This document shows positions 18,978 to 29,272 of a stretch of 64,000 nt of DNA, piece after piece. Source of the DNA: an uncultured Chloroflexia bacterium (GTDB lineage Bacteria; Chloroflexota; Limnocylindria; Limnocylindrales; CSP1-4); contig CAVTHS010000007.1 of the NCBI GenBank assembly GCA_963734535.1, positions 209,936 through 273,935 on the forward strand, given 5' to 3'. Made by a program: the position numbers and the translations under genes. Under the pieces are notes generated by a model. It did no database searches. It saw only the letters and a program-made list of their open reading frames with translations, and had not been told where the DNA came from. Position 1 is the stretch's first letter, and each line of letters starts with the position of its first letter.

Positions 18978-21040
18978 TCAATGGCGGGCGAGGATCGCGA
19001 GGATCTCGTCGCCGTAGCGGTCGAGCCGCGCCGGGCCCATCCCCTTGACCCGCCGCAGCGCGGCGACGGTCTCGGGCCGCTCCTCGACGAGCCCGGCGAG
19101 CAACGTGTCGGGGGCCACGACGTAGGCGGGGACGCCATCGTCCCGTGCACGCGCGGACCGCCACGCCCTGAGGTCGGCCATGGTCGGCTCGTCGGTGGAG
19201 CGACCCGTCGGTCGTGAGGACACGGGTGATCCCGGCAGGACGGTCACCCGCGACGAACGGTCAGCCCGGGATTTCGAAAGCGCGCGGCCCTCGCCGTCTC
19301 GCAGGCGGGGTCGCGGTCCGGCTCGGCCGTCATCGATCGCGCGCAGGAATCGACTCTGACGGCGAGGCGACTCGCGATCGCCCGGCCCGGTCCGACGCTC
19401 GGCCCACGAGAGGAGGAGATGGCGGCGTGCACGCGTCAGGCCGACGTACAGGAGCCGCCGTTCCTCGGCGAGCGCGTCGTCATCGTCGGTCGCCTGGCGG
19501 ATCGGAAGCGTTCCCTCCTCGAGCCCGGGGAGAAGGACCGCGTCCCACTCGAGACCCTTCGCACGATGGAGCGTGAGCAGGTTGACCCCGTCGGCCGAGC
19601 CCGCCGCTTCCGCCGCGGCCCGCGCCGCGAACTCGACGAGGAGCGCCCGCCTGTCGAGGCCCGTCGCCGGCGCGACACGCGCCGATTCGACCGCCGCCTC
19701 CCGGGCGATGTCGAGCACGAGTGTCAGGGATGCGGTCCGTTCTCGCGCCTCGGCGCCCGCCGCGTCGGCGTCCGGGTCGAAGCCGAGATCCGCCCGCAGG
19801 CTGGTCTCGAGCGCCTCGATCAGCGCTCGTCCGCGCGCCGTCTCCGGCAGCCGGCGCAGAAGCCGCAGGGCCTCCCGGACCTCGGGCCGCTCGAAGAAGC
19901 GCTGCCCGCGCACACGGAACGCGATCCCGGCCCTCGTGAGCGCGGCCTCGATCGGCGGGACCTGGGCGTTGATCCGCACGAGCACCGCGATCTCCGCGGG
20001 TGGGGTGCCGCCGTCGGTGAGCCGGCGAATGGTCGCCGTGAGCAGCGCGAGCTCCGCGTCGCCGTCCGGGCAGCGCCGGATGGTGGGCGGGGGGCCGGAT
20101 GGCAGCGTTGCCACGAGGCGCTTCCGCCGTCCGTCCGCCGCGAGGAGGCGGTTGGCGAGCGCGAGCACCTCCGGACTGCTCCGGTAGTTGCGGTCCAGGG
20201 TGACCTGGCGGGCCGCCGGGACCCGGTCGGCGAAGCCCGTGAGGAAGTCGGACGTCGCGCCCGCGAAGGTGTAGATCGTCTGGTCCTCGTCACCGACGAC
20301 GCACAGGTCGTCGCGATGGCCGAGCCAGAGCTCGAGGAGCCGCTGCTGGAGCGGGTTCGTGTCCTGGTACTCGTCGACGCTGAACCACCCGTACCGGGCT
20401 CGAACGGTCGCGGCGGCAGTCCCCTCCGACTCGAGCAGGTCGACGGTCCGGGTGAGCATGTCGTCGAAGTCGAGCCGGCCGGCCCGATCCTTCTCGCGCT
20501 CGTACGCCGTCCAGAGGCGAACGAACAGCTCCGCCGGGATGGGCGGGGTCCGGGTGCCGGCCCCGCTCGCGTACGTCGCCGGGCGGAGGCGCCGGCTCTT
20601 GGCCCACTCGATCTCGTCCGCGAGGTCCTTCGCCGTCGTGAAGCGATAGCCGCCCGGCAGCCCGCGGGCAAGGCGCCCGACGATCGGGATCTTCGAATCG
20701 AGCACGGCCGGCGCAGATGCCCCGTCGTGGTACGCGGGCCAGAAGTGCCGGAGCTGCGCCAGTGCGGCCGCGTGGAAGGTCCGGGCGGCGATGCCGGGCA
20801 GGCCGAGCTGCGAGAGGCGCTCCGCCATCTCGCCCGCCGCCTTGTCCGTGAACGTGACCACCAGCACGCGTCTCGGATCGACCGCGCCGGTCGCGACCGC
20901 GTAGGCGACGCGACGGGTGACCACCCGGGTCTTCCCCGATCCCGCCCCGGCATGGATGACGAGGGGCCCGCGCGTGATCCGGACCGCCTCGGCCTGGGCC
21001 GGATCGAGCCCCACGAGGAGATCCTCGGGATCCATCGTCG

Positions 21041-21044
<4 letters not shown>
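18978..21044 (-). CDS. uvrD2: ATP-dependent DNA helicase UvrD2 with C-terminal HRDC
   Basis: AGAGSGKT, VDEYQD, VGDEDQTIY, NYRS, TLHRAKGLEW, EERRLLYVGLTRA; HRDC LRAWRSARARDDGVPAYVV. Confidence 0.92.
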
Positions 21045-21664
<620 letters not shown>

Positions 21665-21763
21665 GCGGACTTCCCTCGTTGGACGCGATGGTCGGGCGGC
21701 TCAGGATGCGACAGGCCGCCAGCACGTGTCCAGCGCCACCCCGGCTGGTGCGGGTATGGCCTG

Positions 21764-21820
21764 TTGACAAAGCTAATGACCTTCGCCACAATGCTCACAG
21801 ACCAAGCTAATGACCATAGC
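21764..21820 (+). promoter_or_regulatory. Sigma70-type promoter with duplicated operator
   Basis: TTGACA (21764-21769), 17 bp, CACAAT (21787-21792); AAGCTAATGACC at 21770-21781 and 21804-21815. Confidence 0.75.
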
Positions 21821-21866
21821 CGAGTGGTCGTGGCCGGCCAGTCGGCAGAAACGCGCGGAGGTCACG

Positions 21867-22703
21867 ATGGCAGACACGATGACGCGAGAGCAGAACCCGA
21901 CCAGGTTCCTGGATCGCCCGGGTGGGAGGATCGCCTACGACGTCGCGGGAGCCGGTTCCCTCGTCGTGTGCATCCCAGGGATGGGCGACCTTCGCTCGAG
22001 CTACCGGTTCCTGGCGCCGGCGCTGGAGGCGGCCGGGTATCGGGTCGCGACGCTGGACCTGCGCGGTCACGGCGACAGTGACGCCACCTTCGCCGAGTAC
22101 GATGACGTTGCCGCGGGGTCGGACGTGGTCGCGCTGCTCGCCGAGCTCGGCGACGGGCCTGCCGTGCTCATCGGGAACTCGATGGGGGCCGGTGCAGCGG
22201 CATGGGCGGCCGCGGAGGCGCCCGACCTCGTCGCTGCGCTCGTGCTGGTCGGGCCCTTCGTCCGCAACCCTGCCGGCGGCAGGGCAGCCGCGCTGCTGTT
22301 CCGGCTGGCGCTGCTCCGCCCGTGGGGCCCGGCGGCCTGGAACGCCTGGTACGCGCGTCTCTTCCCGGGTCGGGCGCCGTCCGACCTCGCAGCCCACCGG
22401 GCGCGGATCCGCGCGAGCCTTCGCCGCCCCGGTCGCTGGAAGGCGTTCGCGGCGACGACGCACACGAGTCATGCGCCCGTCGAGGCGCGCCTGGGCGAGA
22501 TCGCGGCTCCGACCCTCATCGTGATGGGCGATCACGACCCTGACTTCGGCGATCCGCGGGCCGAGGCGGCGTTCATTGCCGGCAGGCTCGGGGCCGCGGT
22601 CGTGATGGTTCCCGGGGCCGGCCACTACCCCCATGCCGAGTACCCGGAGATCGTCACCCCTGCCATCCTCGGGTTCCTCGGCAACGGCACGAACCATGCC
22701 TAG
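21867..22703 (+). CDS. Alpha/beta hydrolase
   Basis: DLRGHGDS, GNSMG nucleophile elbow, GHYPHAE. Confidence 0.9.
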   Translation: MADTMTREQNPTRFLDRPGGRIAYDVAGAGSLVVCIPGMGDLRSSYRFLAPALEAAGYRVATLDLRGHGDSDATFAEYDDVAAGSDVVALLAELGDGPAVLIGNSMGAGAAAWAAAEAPDLVAALVLVGPFVRNPAGGRAAALLFRLALLRPWGPAAWNAWYARLFPGRAPSDLAAHRARIRASLRRPGRWKAFAATTHTSHAPVEARLGEIAAPTLIVMGDHDPDFGDPRAEAAFIAGRLGAAVVMVPGAGHYPHAEYPEIVTPAILGFLGNGTNHA

Positions 22704-23725
22704 GGCAGGCCTGACCCCCGCGATCGTTGTCGCGCGGGGAGCCGACCTCGCGGACGAGATCGGCCTGGACCACCTGACGCTCGCGGCCCTCGCGTCGCGC
22801 CTCGGGGTCGCCGTCCCGAGCCTGTACAAGCACGTCGACGGGCTCGACGCCCTGCGTCGCGGCATCGCCATCCTCGCGCTCGGCGAGCTGGGCGATGCGA
22901 TGGCCGGCGCGCTCCGTGCGGACATCGTCGGACGGCGGTCCGGACGACGGTTCGGACGGCGGTGCCCCGGTGCCGGCCCTGGCGAACGCCTACCGCGCCT
23001 ACGCCTCGGCGTATCCGGGACGGTACGCGGCCACGCTCCGTGCGGCTCCGCCCGGCGACGCCGAGCACGGAGCGGCGGGCGACGCCATCCTGCGGAGCGT
23101 GTTCGCGGTCCTCGCGAGCCGTGGCCTCGCGGGCGAGGATGCCGTCGACGCGACGCGCGCCCTGCGGGCGGCGCTCCACGGTTTCGTGGCGCTCGAAGCC
23201 GCCGGCGGATTCGGGCTCCCGCAGGACGTGGACCGCTCGTTCCGGGGGCTCGTCGAGGGGCTGGACCGCGGATTCGGTACCCTCGTGGGGGGCGATGCGA
23301 CTCCGGACGTTGGTGCTCGCGGCGCGGTCAGCGAGCTGCGACTCGCGCTGACGGTCGAGGACTACCCCCGCGCGCTCCGTTTCTACCGCGATTCGCTGGG
23401 CCTTCCCGTGCTCGAGTCGTGGGAGGACGGGAAGGCGCGCGGCGCGGTCCTCGGCGCGGGACGCGCCACGCTGGAGCTGCTCTCGCTGGAGCAGGCCGAG
23501 CTCATCGACCGGATCGAGGTTGGCTCGCGCGTCGCGGGCCCCGTCCGGGTGGCCCTGGCGGTCCTCGACTCGGCCGGTGTCGCCGATGCCCTGGTCGCCG
23601 CGGGCGCCGCACGCCTCGGCGGGCCAGTGGTCACGCCGTGGGCCCACCGCAATGTCCGCGTCGCGGCCCCGGATGGCCTCCAGCTGACGCTGTTCACCGA
23701 GCTGGATCCGCGACCAGGCGCATGA
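22696..23725 (+). pseudogene. TetR (WHG-type) regulator fused to a VOC/glyoxalase domain, +1 frameshift near 22915-22965
   Basis: HTH LASRLGVAVPSLYKHVDG in frame 1; ANAYRAYA...ALHGFVALEAAGGFG and VOC ELRLALTVEDYPRALRFYRD...TPWAHRNVRVAAPDG in frame 2. Confidence 0.75.
22928..22963 (+). repeat. 12-bp tandem repeat, three copies
   Basis: TCGGACGGCGGT CCGGACGACGGT TCGGACGGCGGT. Confidence 0.8.
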
Positions 23726-23925
23726 GTCGCGATCCCTGGGCCCGCCCGGCTGACCGAGGTCACGCGGCGGGCGGACCCTTCGGCACGTGACGGGACGCGA
23801 CGAGGTCCCCATCGTGCCCCTGACGGATCAGCAGAGGCTCGACGCCCGTCGGCTCGCCTGAGGGATCCCATGACCCGCCCATCGAAACGTCGCCACCGAC
23901 GGCGCGTCCGTGGCTCCTGCTCTCG

Positions 23926-24990
23926 ATGCTGACCGCCGGTCCGCGATCGAGCCCCTCGACCGGCGCACCGACGGAGCAGTCGGAGGCGCTCCTCCGCCGC
24001 CTCGCGAGCTCCACCGACCCCGGCGTGGCATATGCGGCCATGACGCTCGGGCTTGGCCGCCCCGTCGAAGCGCCCGAAGTTCGTGCGGCACAGGCCGCGA
24101 TCCCGGCGTCCGTGCGCGCTCGCGCGCTCCTGTCCGGGCGTTCGACCGATGGCACCATCCGGCTCGGTCCCTACGCGAAGTGGCAGGGTGCCCATTGGAC
24201 CCTCGTCCAGCTTGCGATGCTCGGCTACCCGCCCGGCGACAACGCGCTGGTGCCTCTCCGCGACCAGGTGATGGACTGGCTCCAGGGACGACGGCACACC
24301 GGCCCGCCCAGCACGGTGGTCTTCGACGACCAACCGGAGCGGGTCCGCCGATGTGCGTCACAGGAAGGCAACGCCGTCTGGGCGACCCTCCGGCTGGGGC
24401 TCGAGGATGAACGCACGGAGAGCCTCGTCGAGCGGCTCATCGGCTGGCAATGGCCCGACGGCGGCTGGAACTGCGACAGGCGCCGCGACGCGCGTCGGTC
24501 GTCCTTCCAGGAGACCGCGATTCCGCTGCGCGCCCTGTATCTCTATGGAATCGTGCACGACGACGCCCGCGCCCGGGGCGCCGCCGAACGCGCCGCGGCG
24601 CTGCTGCTGGAGCGCCGCCTCCTCTGGCGACGCTCGGACGGGCTCCTCATCCGACCCGATTGGGGCGGCCGCACGGACCTGATTCACTTCCCGATCCAGT
24701 TCTACGACCTGCTCTACGCGCTCGAGGTCATGGCCGAGACAGGCCACCTCGGCGATCCTCGGTGTGCCGACGCGCTGGACATGCTCGGCGCCAAGCGCCT
24801 CCCCGATGGCGGATTCCCGCGCGAGGACCGGACCGCGACGAAGCAGTCGCGGGTCGCGAGCCGCGGCACCTGGGCCGACTGGGGGCCGGCCGGGGCGCGG
24901 ACCAGCAACCCGTTCGTCACCGCGGCTGCGCTCGGCGTGCTACGGATCGCCGCGCACGCACGCGATGGAGGCGCCGGCCGCGCCGGGTGA
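23926..24990 (+). CDS. Hypothetical protein with prenyltransferase/squalene-cyclase-like repeats (start uncertain)
   Basis: PYAKWQGAHW, WQWPDGGWNC, KRLPDGGF (QW-like motifs). Confidence 0.65.
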   Translation: MLTAGPRSSPSTGAPTEQSEALLRRLASSTDPGVAYAAMTLGLGRPVEAPEVRAAQAAIPASVRARALLSGRSTDGTIRLGPYAKWQGAHWTLVQLAMLGYPPGDNALVPLRDQVMDWLQGRRHTGPPSTVVFDDQPERVRRCASQEGNAVWATLRLGLEDERTESLVERLIGWQWPDGGWNCDRRRDARRSSFQETAIPLRALYLYGIVHDDARARGAAERAAALLLERRLLWRRSDGLLIRPDWGGRTDLIHFPIQFYDLLYALEVMAETGHLGDPRCADALDMLGAKRLPDGGFPREDRTATKQSRVASRGTWADWGPAGARTSNPFVTAAALGVLRIAAHARDGGAGRAG

Positions 24991-25047
24991 GAGGCGAGCG
25001 ACCGCGGATCGGCGGTGCGGCCCGGTGCCGGAGCCGCCGGGCCCTGG

Positions 25048-25767
25048 TCAGCTGATCCGGTACGCCACCGTGACCGACACGACGAGCTGCTGCACGGTGG
25101 GTTCCATCGTGACGGGTGCCGGGGCGATGTTCGGCGCGTCTCCCGGCACGGCGCCCGGGGTCGAGCCCGCGGCCCCTGCTGCCATGGGCACGGCGTAGGC
25201 GCCGCCGCTCGAGACGCTCACGGAGAGGACCCCGGTGATCGTGACCCCTGCCGCACGCGCGACCACGTCCGCCTGCGCCTTTGCATCGGCGAGGGCGGCC
25301 TGGAGCGCGTCACGCTGCGCGCCCGCCTGGTCCGATGGGCCGGTCTTGACGTCTGCCCGGCCGACCCCGGCCACGACGATCGTGTGGTCCGGCGCGACGC
25401 CCGGGGAGCCTGGGTAGACCGGGTAGGGATAGGCAATTGCTGGGACCGACCCGCCGACGCCGACGCCGGACCCGCTCACGCCCGCACCGGGGGAGACGAC
25501 GCTGCCGCCCGACGTGGCGATCCCGCTGGGACCGACCTCCGTCGCGCCGGATGGCGCGAGCCCCGTCGTGCCGGAGCCCTGGCTCGGTGCACCCAGCGCG
25601 CCGCTCGCGGGCCGGCCGGTGGCTTCGACACTCCCCGTGCCGGGCGCGGCCGGGGTGGGCGGGGCTGCGGCCGTGGAGCAGCCGACGAGGACGACCACGA
25701 GCGGCACGAAGAGCAGGCCGGCGAGACGTCGTCGTCCGCTGGCCACGGTCGGGAGCTGAGCGCTCAT
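25048..25767 (-). CDS. Lipoprotein with SIMPL (DUF541)-like domain
   Basis: Lipobox LVGC; TIVVAGVGRA, ALADAKAQADVVARAAGV, VSVTVAY. Confidence 0.7.
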   Translation of the reverse strand: MSAQLPTVASGRRRLAGLLFVPLVVVLVGCSTAAAPPTPAAPGTGSVEATGRPASGALGAPSQGSGTTGLAPSGATEVGPSGIATSGGSVVSPGAGVSGSGVGVGGSVPAIAYPYPVYPGSPGVAPDHTIVVAGVGRADVKTGPSDQAGAQRDALQAALADAKAQADVVARAAGVTITGVLSVSVSSGGAYAVPMAAGAAGSTPGAVPGDAPNIAPAPVTMEPTVQQLVVSVTVAYRIS

Positions 25768-25931
25768 GGTGTGGGTCTCCTCGGGAGTCCGTTCGTCAGG
25801 TCGACGGGAGCCCGCCGTGCCCAGGGGACGCGAATCGCCGCGAATGGGTTCCCGGAGCTGTCGATTCGGGGCGTCCCCGTTCGTTGCTCAAGCGAGACCG
25901 GCAACCGGATCACGGAATGGAGAAAGACGCC

Positions 25932-26291
25932 ATGGGCAGCCCGATCGTGCACTTCGAGATCCGATCCACGGATCCCGATGCGAGTCGCGCCTTCTACGCA
26001 GAGCTGTTCGGCTGGACCTACCCCGCGGGCGGGTTCCCGGACTACACCTACGTCGACAGCGGCGTTCCCCAGGGAACGATCCCCGGTGGCATCAGCCCGC
26101 TCCAGGGCGGGAAGCCGATGGTCACGGTCTTCGCCGGCGTGGCGGACGTGGCGGCTGCGCTCGACAAGGCCGTCACGCTCGGGGGGACGATCGTGCAGCC
26201 GGCCACCAAGGTGCCGGGCGTGACGTTCGGCCTCTTCGCGGACCCGCAGGGCCACGTGGTCGGCGTTGCCTCGGACGATCACGACGGGTAG
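25932..26291 (+). CDS. VOC/glyoxalase family protein
   Basis: IVHFEI...SRAFYAELFGW...GLFADPQGHVVG. Confidence 0.88.
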   Translation: MGSPIVHFEIRSTDPDASRAFYAELFGWTYPAGGFPDYTYVDSGVPQGTIPGGISPLQGGKPMVTVFAGVADVAAALDKAVTLGGTIVQPATKVPGVTFGLFADPQGHVVGVASDDHDG

Positions 26292-26367
26292 ATCCGGCCG
26301 CAGAGCGCTGCGGGGTCGCTGACCGGGTGCGCGTCAGGGCCGCCTCCAGCGGGGCGGCTCGCGACCC

Positions 26368-27657
26368 TCAGCTTCCGGAAAGGACCCAGCTCGAGCCATC
26401 GGCGCCGTCGCGGACCTCCACGCCGGCAGCGACCAGCTGGTCGCGGATGAGGTCGGCCGTCGCCCAGTCACGGGCTTCCCGGGCGCGCGCCCGGAGCGTG
26501 AGAAGCGCCTCCACGAATGGGTCGACGGCCGAGCGCGGGTCGCCGCCAACGGTCCCCGCCGCTTCACCCAGCCGCGCGATCAGCGCGCGAAACGTGGAGC
26601 GCGCGTTGTCGAGGTCGGGGCTGTCCTCGCCGGCACGGATCCGGGCCTCGACCGCCGAGTCGATATCGAGAAGCGCAGCCACCGCTCCCCGGCTGTCGCC
26701 GAGGCCAAGGGCGTGGACGAACGCACCCTCGAGGTCGGCGACCTCGTCCTGAAGCGGCGTGGCCGGTCGCGGCGCCGGCTCTCCCGGGAGCTGCGAGCGC
26801 CCTGTCCCTCCCCAGCCGGGCTCCCACCCGATGTCGACCATGCCTCCCGCTGCCAGCTCGCGCGCGACCTCGGCCAGGACCTCGATCCCGACCTCGCTGC
26901 CGCTCGGGAAGACCGTGCCCCGGCCGTCGACCCTCACGGTGACACCGCCAAGGCCGGACACCGAGGCAGCCTGCCGGTCGAGGTCCAGGACGAGGGCGGT
27001 GTGGCTGTCGACGCCCAGGATGAACGTGCCCGTGGGCAGCTGGCGCTCGAGCATTCGCAGCCGCCGCTCGCCCATGTAGCAGAAGCGGGTGTCGTGGTTG
27101 CCACCCTCGGCGTTGTCGTAGTGGGGCACGACGGCGGCGCGCAGGCCGGTCGCGGGCCCGAGGATGTCGAGCCCGGGTAGCCAGGCCGGGTCCGCGCCGA
27201 CCTTGTAGATCTCGTAGACGGGGATCGTGACGGCACCGAGGGTGAGGGCCGCGGCGCTCGCCATCGTGAGGATGCCCCCGTCGCGGACGCGGTCGGCGAG
27301 CGCCGCCGGGACGGGACCGTCGACCCACTGCCGGAGGGCGTAGCTCGGGCTGCCCGGGCCCGCCATCACGTAGCGAGCCTCGCGGATCCGGGCGATCGCG
27401 GTGGCGGCCGTGAGCGCATCCACGTCCCGGGACCGGTAGACCGCGACGCCGACCTCTCGACCGACGCTCTCCGCGAAGAACCGGACCGTCCGGGCGCTGA
27501 GCTCGTCCGCGTTCTCCTGGAAGCCATACGGGGTGTCGAGGATGACGGCGGGGACGGCCTCCGGGCCCAGGCGCTCGAACAGCGCCCGGTGGACCTTGGC
27601 CATGGTCGGCGCCGTCTCCCCGGAGCCCATGATCGCCAGGATTCGCGGACCGCTCAT
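26368..27657 (-). CDS. Cyanophycinase/peptidase S51-like domain fused to a CysRS-type C-terminal domain
   Basis: IMGSGET, DTPYGFQEN, GPGSPSY, MASAAA, VPHYDN; C-terminus LRARAREARDWATADLIRDQLVAAGVEVRDGADGSSW. Confidence 0.7.
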   Translation of the reverse strand: MSGPRILAIMGSGETAPTMAKVHRALFERLGPEAVPAVILDTPYGFQENADELSARTVRFFAESVGREVGVAVYRSRDVDALTAATAIARIREARYVMAGPGSPSYALRQWVDGPVPAALADRVRDGGILTMASAAALTLGAVTIPVYEIYKVGADPAWLPGLDILGPATGLRAAVVPHYDNAEGGNHDTRFCYMGERRLRMLERQLPTGTFILGVDSHTALVLDLDRQAASVSGLGGVTVRVDGRGTVFPSGSEVGIEVLAEVARELAAGGMVDIGWEPGWGGTGRSQLPGEPAPRPATPLQDEVADLEGAFVHALGLGDSRGAVAALLDIDSAVEARIRAGEDSPDLDNARSTFRALIARLGEAAGTVGGDPRSAVDPFVEALLTLRARAREARDWATADLIRDQLVAAGVEVRDGADGSSWVLSGS

Positions 27658-28511
27658 CCGAAGAACCCGTCGACCGTCATCTCGTGTAGCACGTCTGCAA
27701 GTTCGGCCGGGCGCTGCGCATGGATGTCGTGATCGCCCGTGAACCAGCGCACCCTGGCGTTCGGGATCGTTCCCGCCGCTGCCTCGACCTCGCGGCGCTT
27801 GCGCCGTGTCCAGGCGGTCTCGCCGCCGTCGACGGGCACGAGCAGGGTCGGGGCGGTGATGTCGGCGTACCGCTCCGAGGGGTGGTGCTCCCAGAGCCCG
27901 CGGAGGACCGTGATGTGGTGATCGAAGGTGAGCCACGGCGCGACGGTGCCGTCGCCGCGGACCTGGAAGTTCGCGAGGGCGCCGCGAATCCCGCTCTCCG
28001 GCCAGTCGCCATGGGTCGAGCGGAGGTAGCCCTCGATCTCGCTGAACGGTCGCCCCGCGAGGCGCGGTGGGGCGAGCGCGGCCCGGCAGGCGTCCCAGTC
28101 CGCGAACTGGCGGCTCGGTTCGAGCCAGCCGCCGTCCACGCAGGCGATGCCCCGGATCCGCGCGGGATGTCGGGCCGCAAGCTCGAGCGCGACGTTGCCG
28201 CCCCAGGATTGACCGGCGACGACCGGCCGGTCGATCGCCAGCCGTTCGATGAGCACGGCGAGGTCGTCGGCGACGGTCGGCACCTCGTACGGAGCGTCCG
28301 GCTTCGACGAGCGACCGTGCCCGCGAAGGTCGACGGTGACGACGGGATGCCCCCGCGCCACGAGGCTCTCCGCGACACCGTCCCACAGCCGGGCGTTCGA
28401 GGCGAGGCCGTGGACGAGCAGGAACGCAGGCGGCGTGCTCGTCCCTGCCGGCGTCCACACGTCGGCCGCGAGCTCCACCCCTTCGGCAACCGGCGTCAGC
28501 TCCGTGCGCAT
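27654..28511 (-). CDS. Alpha/beta hydrolase
   Basis: LVHGLASN, DLRGHGRS, GQSWGG, GDHDIHAQ. Confidence 0.9.
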   Translation of the reverse strand: MRTELTPVAEGVELAADVWTPAGTSTPPAFLLVHGLASNARLWDGVAESLVARGHPVVTVDLRGHGRSSKPDAPYEVPTVADDLAVLIERLAIDRPVVAGQSWGGNVALELAARHPARIRGIACVDGGWLEPSRQFADWDACRAALAPPRLAGRPFSEIEGYLRSTHGDWPESGIRGALANFQVRGDGTVAPWLTFDHHITVLRGLWEHHPSERYADITAPTLLVPVDGGETAWTRRKRREVEAAAGTIPNARVRWFTGDHDIHAQRPAELADVLHEMTVDGFFG

Positions 28512-28612
28512 CCACCGGATGGTAGTCGGGCCGGCGCCGGCGAGCACCCGAATCCCGACGGACCTCGCAGACCGGCGGACCCGGGCGCCAGGACTTGGTG
28601 CATGATCGACGG

Positions 28613-29272
28613 GTGGACGTCCAGCCGCTCCGGGTCATCATCGCCGAGGATTCCGCGCTCATCCGGGAGGGCCTGGCGCGACTGATCGTCGACTCGGGCG
28701 GCGTCGTCGTCGCCAAGGTCGGCGACGGCCCGTCCTTCGTCGAAGCGGTCGTGGAGCACCGACCCGACGTCTCGGTGGTCGACGTGCGGATGCCCCCGAC
28801 CCAGCGCGACGAGGGGCTCCGCGCGGCGATCGAGGCGCGCCGCCTCGTCCCCGGCACCCCCGTGCTCGTCCTCAGCCAGTACGTCGAGCCGCAGTACGCG
28901 ACCGAGCTGCTCGCGGACCGGGCCGGGGGCGTCGGCTATCTCCTGAAGGATCGAGTCGCGGACATCCGCGAGTTCATGGACGCGCTGCGACGGGTCGCCC
29001 GCGGCGGGACCGCGCTCGATCCCGAGGTCGTCGCCCAGCTCATGGTCCCGCGCCGCGCCGACGACCGGCTCAATGCGTTGACCCCGCGCGAACGCGAGGT
29101 GCTCGCCGCAATGGCCGAAGGGCGGACGAACGTGGGCGTCGCGGCCCTGCTGGGCATCTCGGAAGGGGCCACCGAGAAGCACATCAGCAACATCTTCGGC
29201 AAGCTGGAGCTGCCCGACTCGGAGAACGACCACCGGCGCGTGCTGGCGGTGCTGACCTACCTCGGCTCCTAG
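28613..29272 (+). CDS. NarL/LuxR family response regulator
   Basis: IAEDSALIREG, DVRMPP, YLLKDRV, LTPREREVL...EKHISNIFGKL. Confidence 0.93.
   Translation: MDVQPLRVIIAEDSALIREGLARLIVDSGGVVVAKVGDGPSFVEAVVEHRPDVSVVDVRMPPTQRDEGLRAAIEARRLVPGTPVLVLSQYVEPQYATELLADRAGGVGYLLKDRVADIREFMDALRRVARGGTALDPEVVAQLMVPRRADDRLNALTPREREVLAAMAEGRTNVGVAALLGISEGATEKHISNIFGKLELPDSENDHRRVLAVLTYLGS

Noticed and set aside
22928-22963. CRISPR-like or phase-variable repeat
   Set aside because: Three adjacent 12-bp units, no spacers, no cas genes; unit length is a multiple of three.
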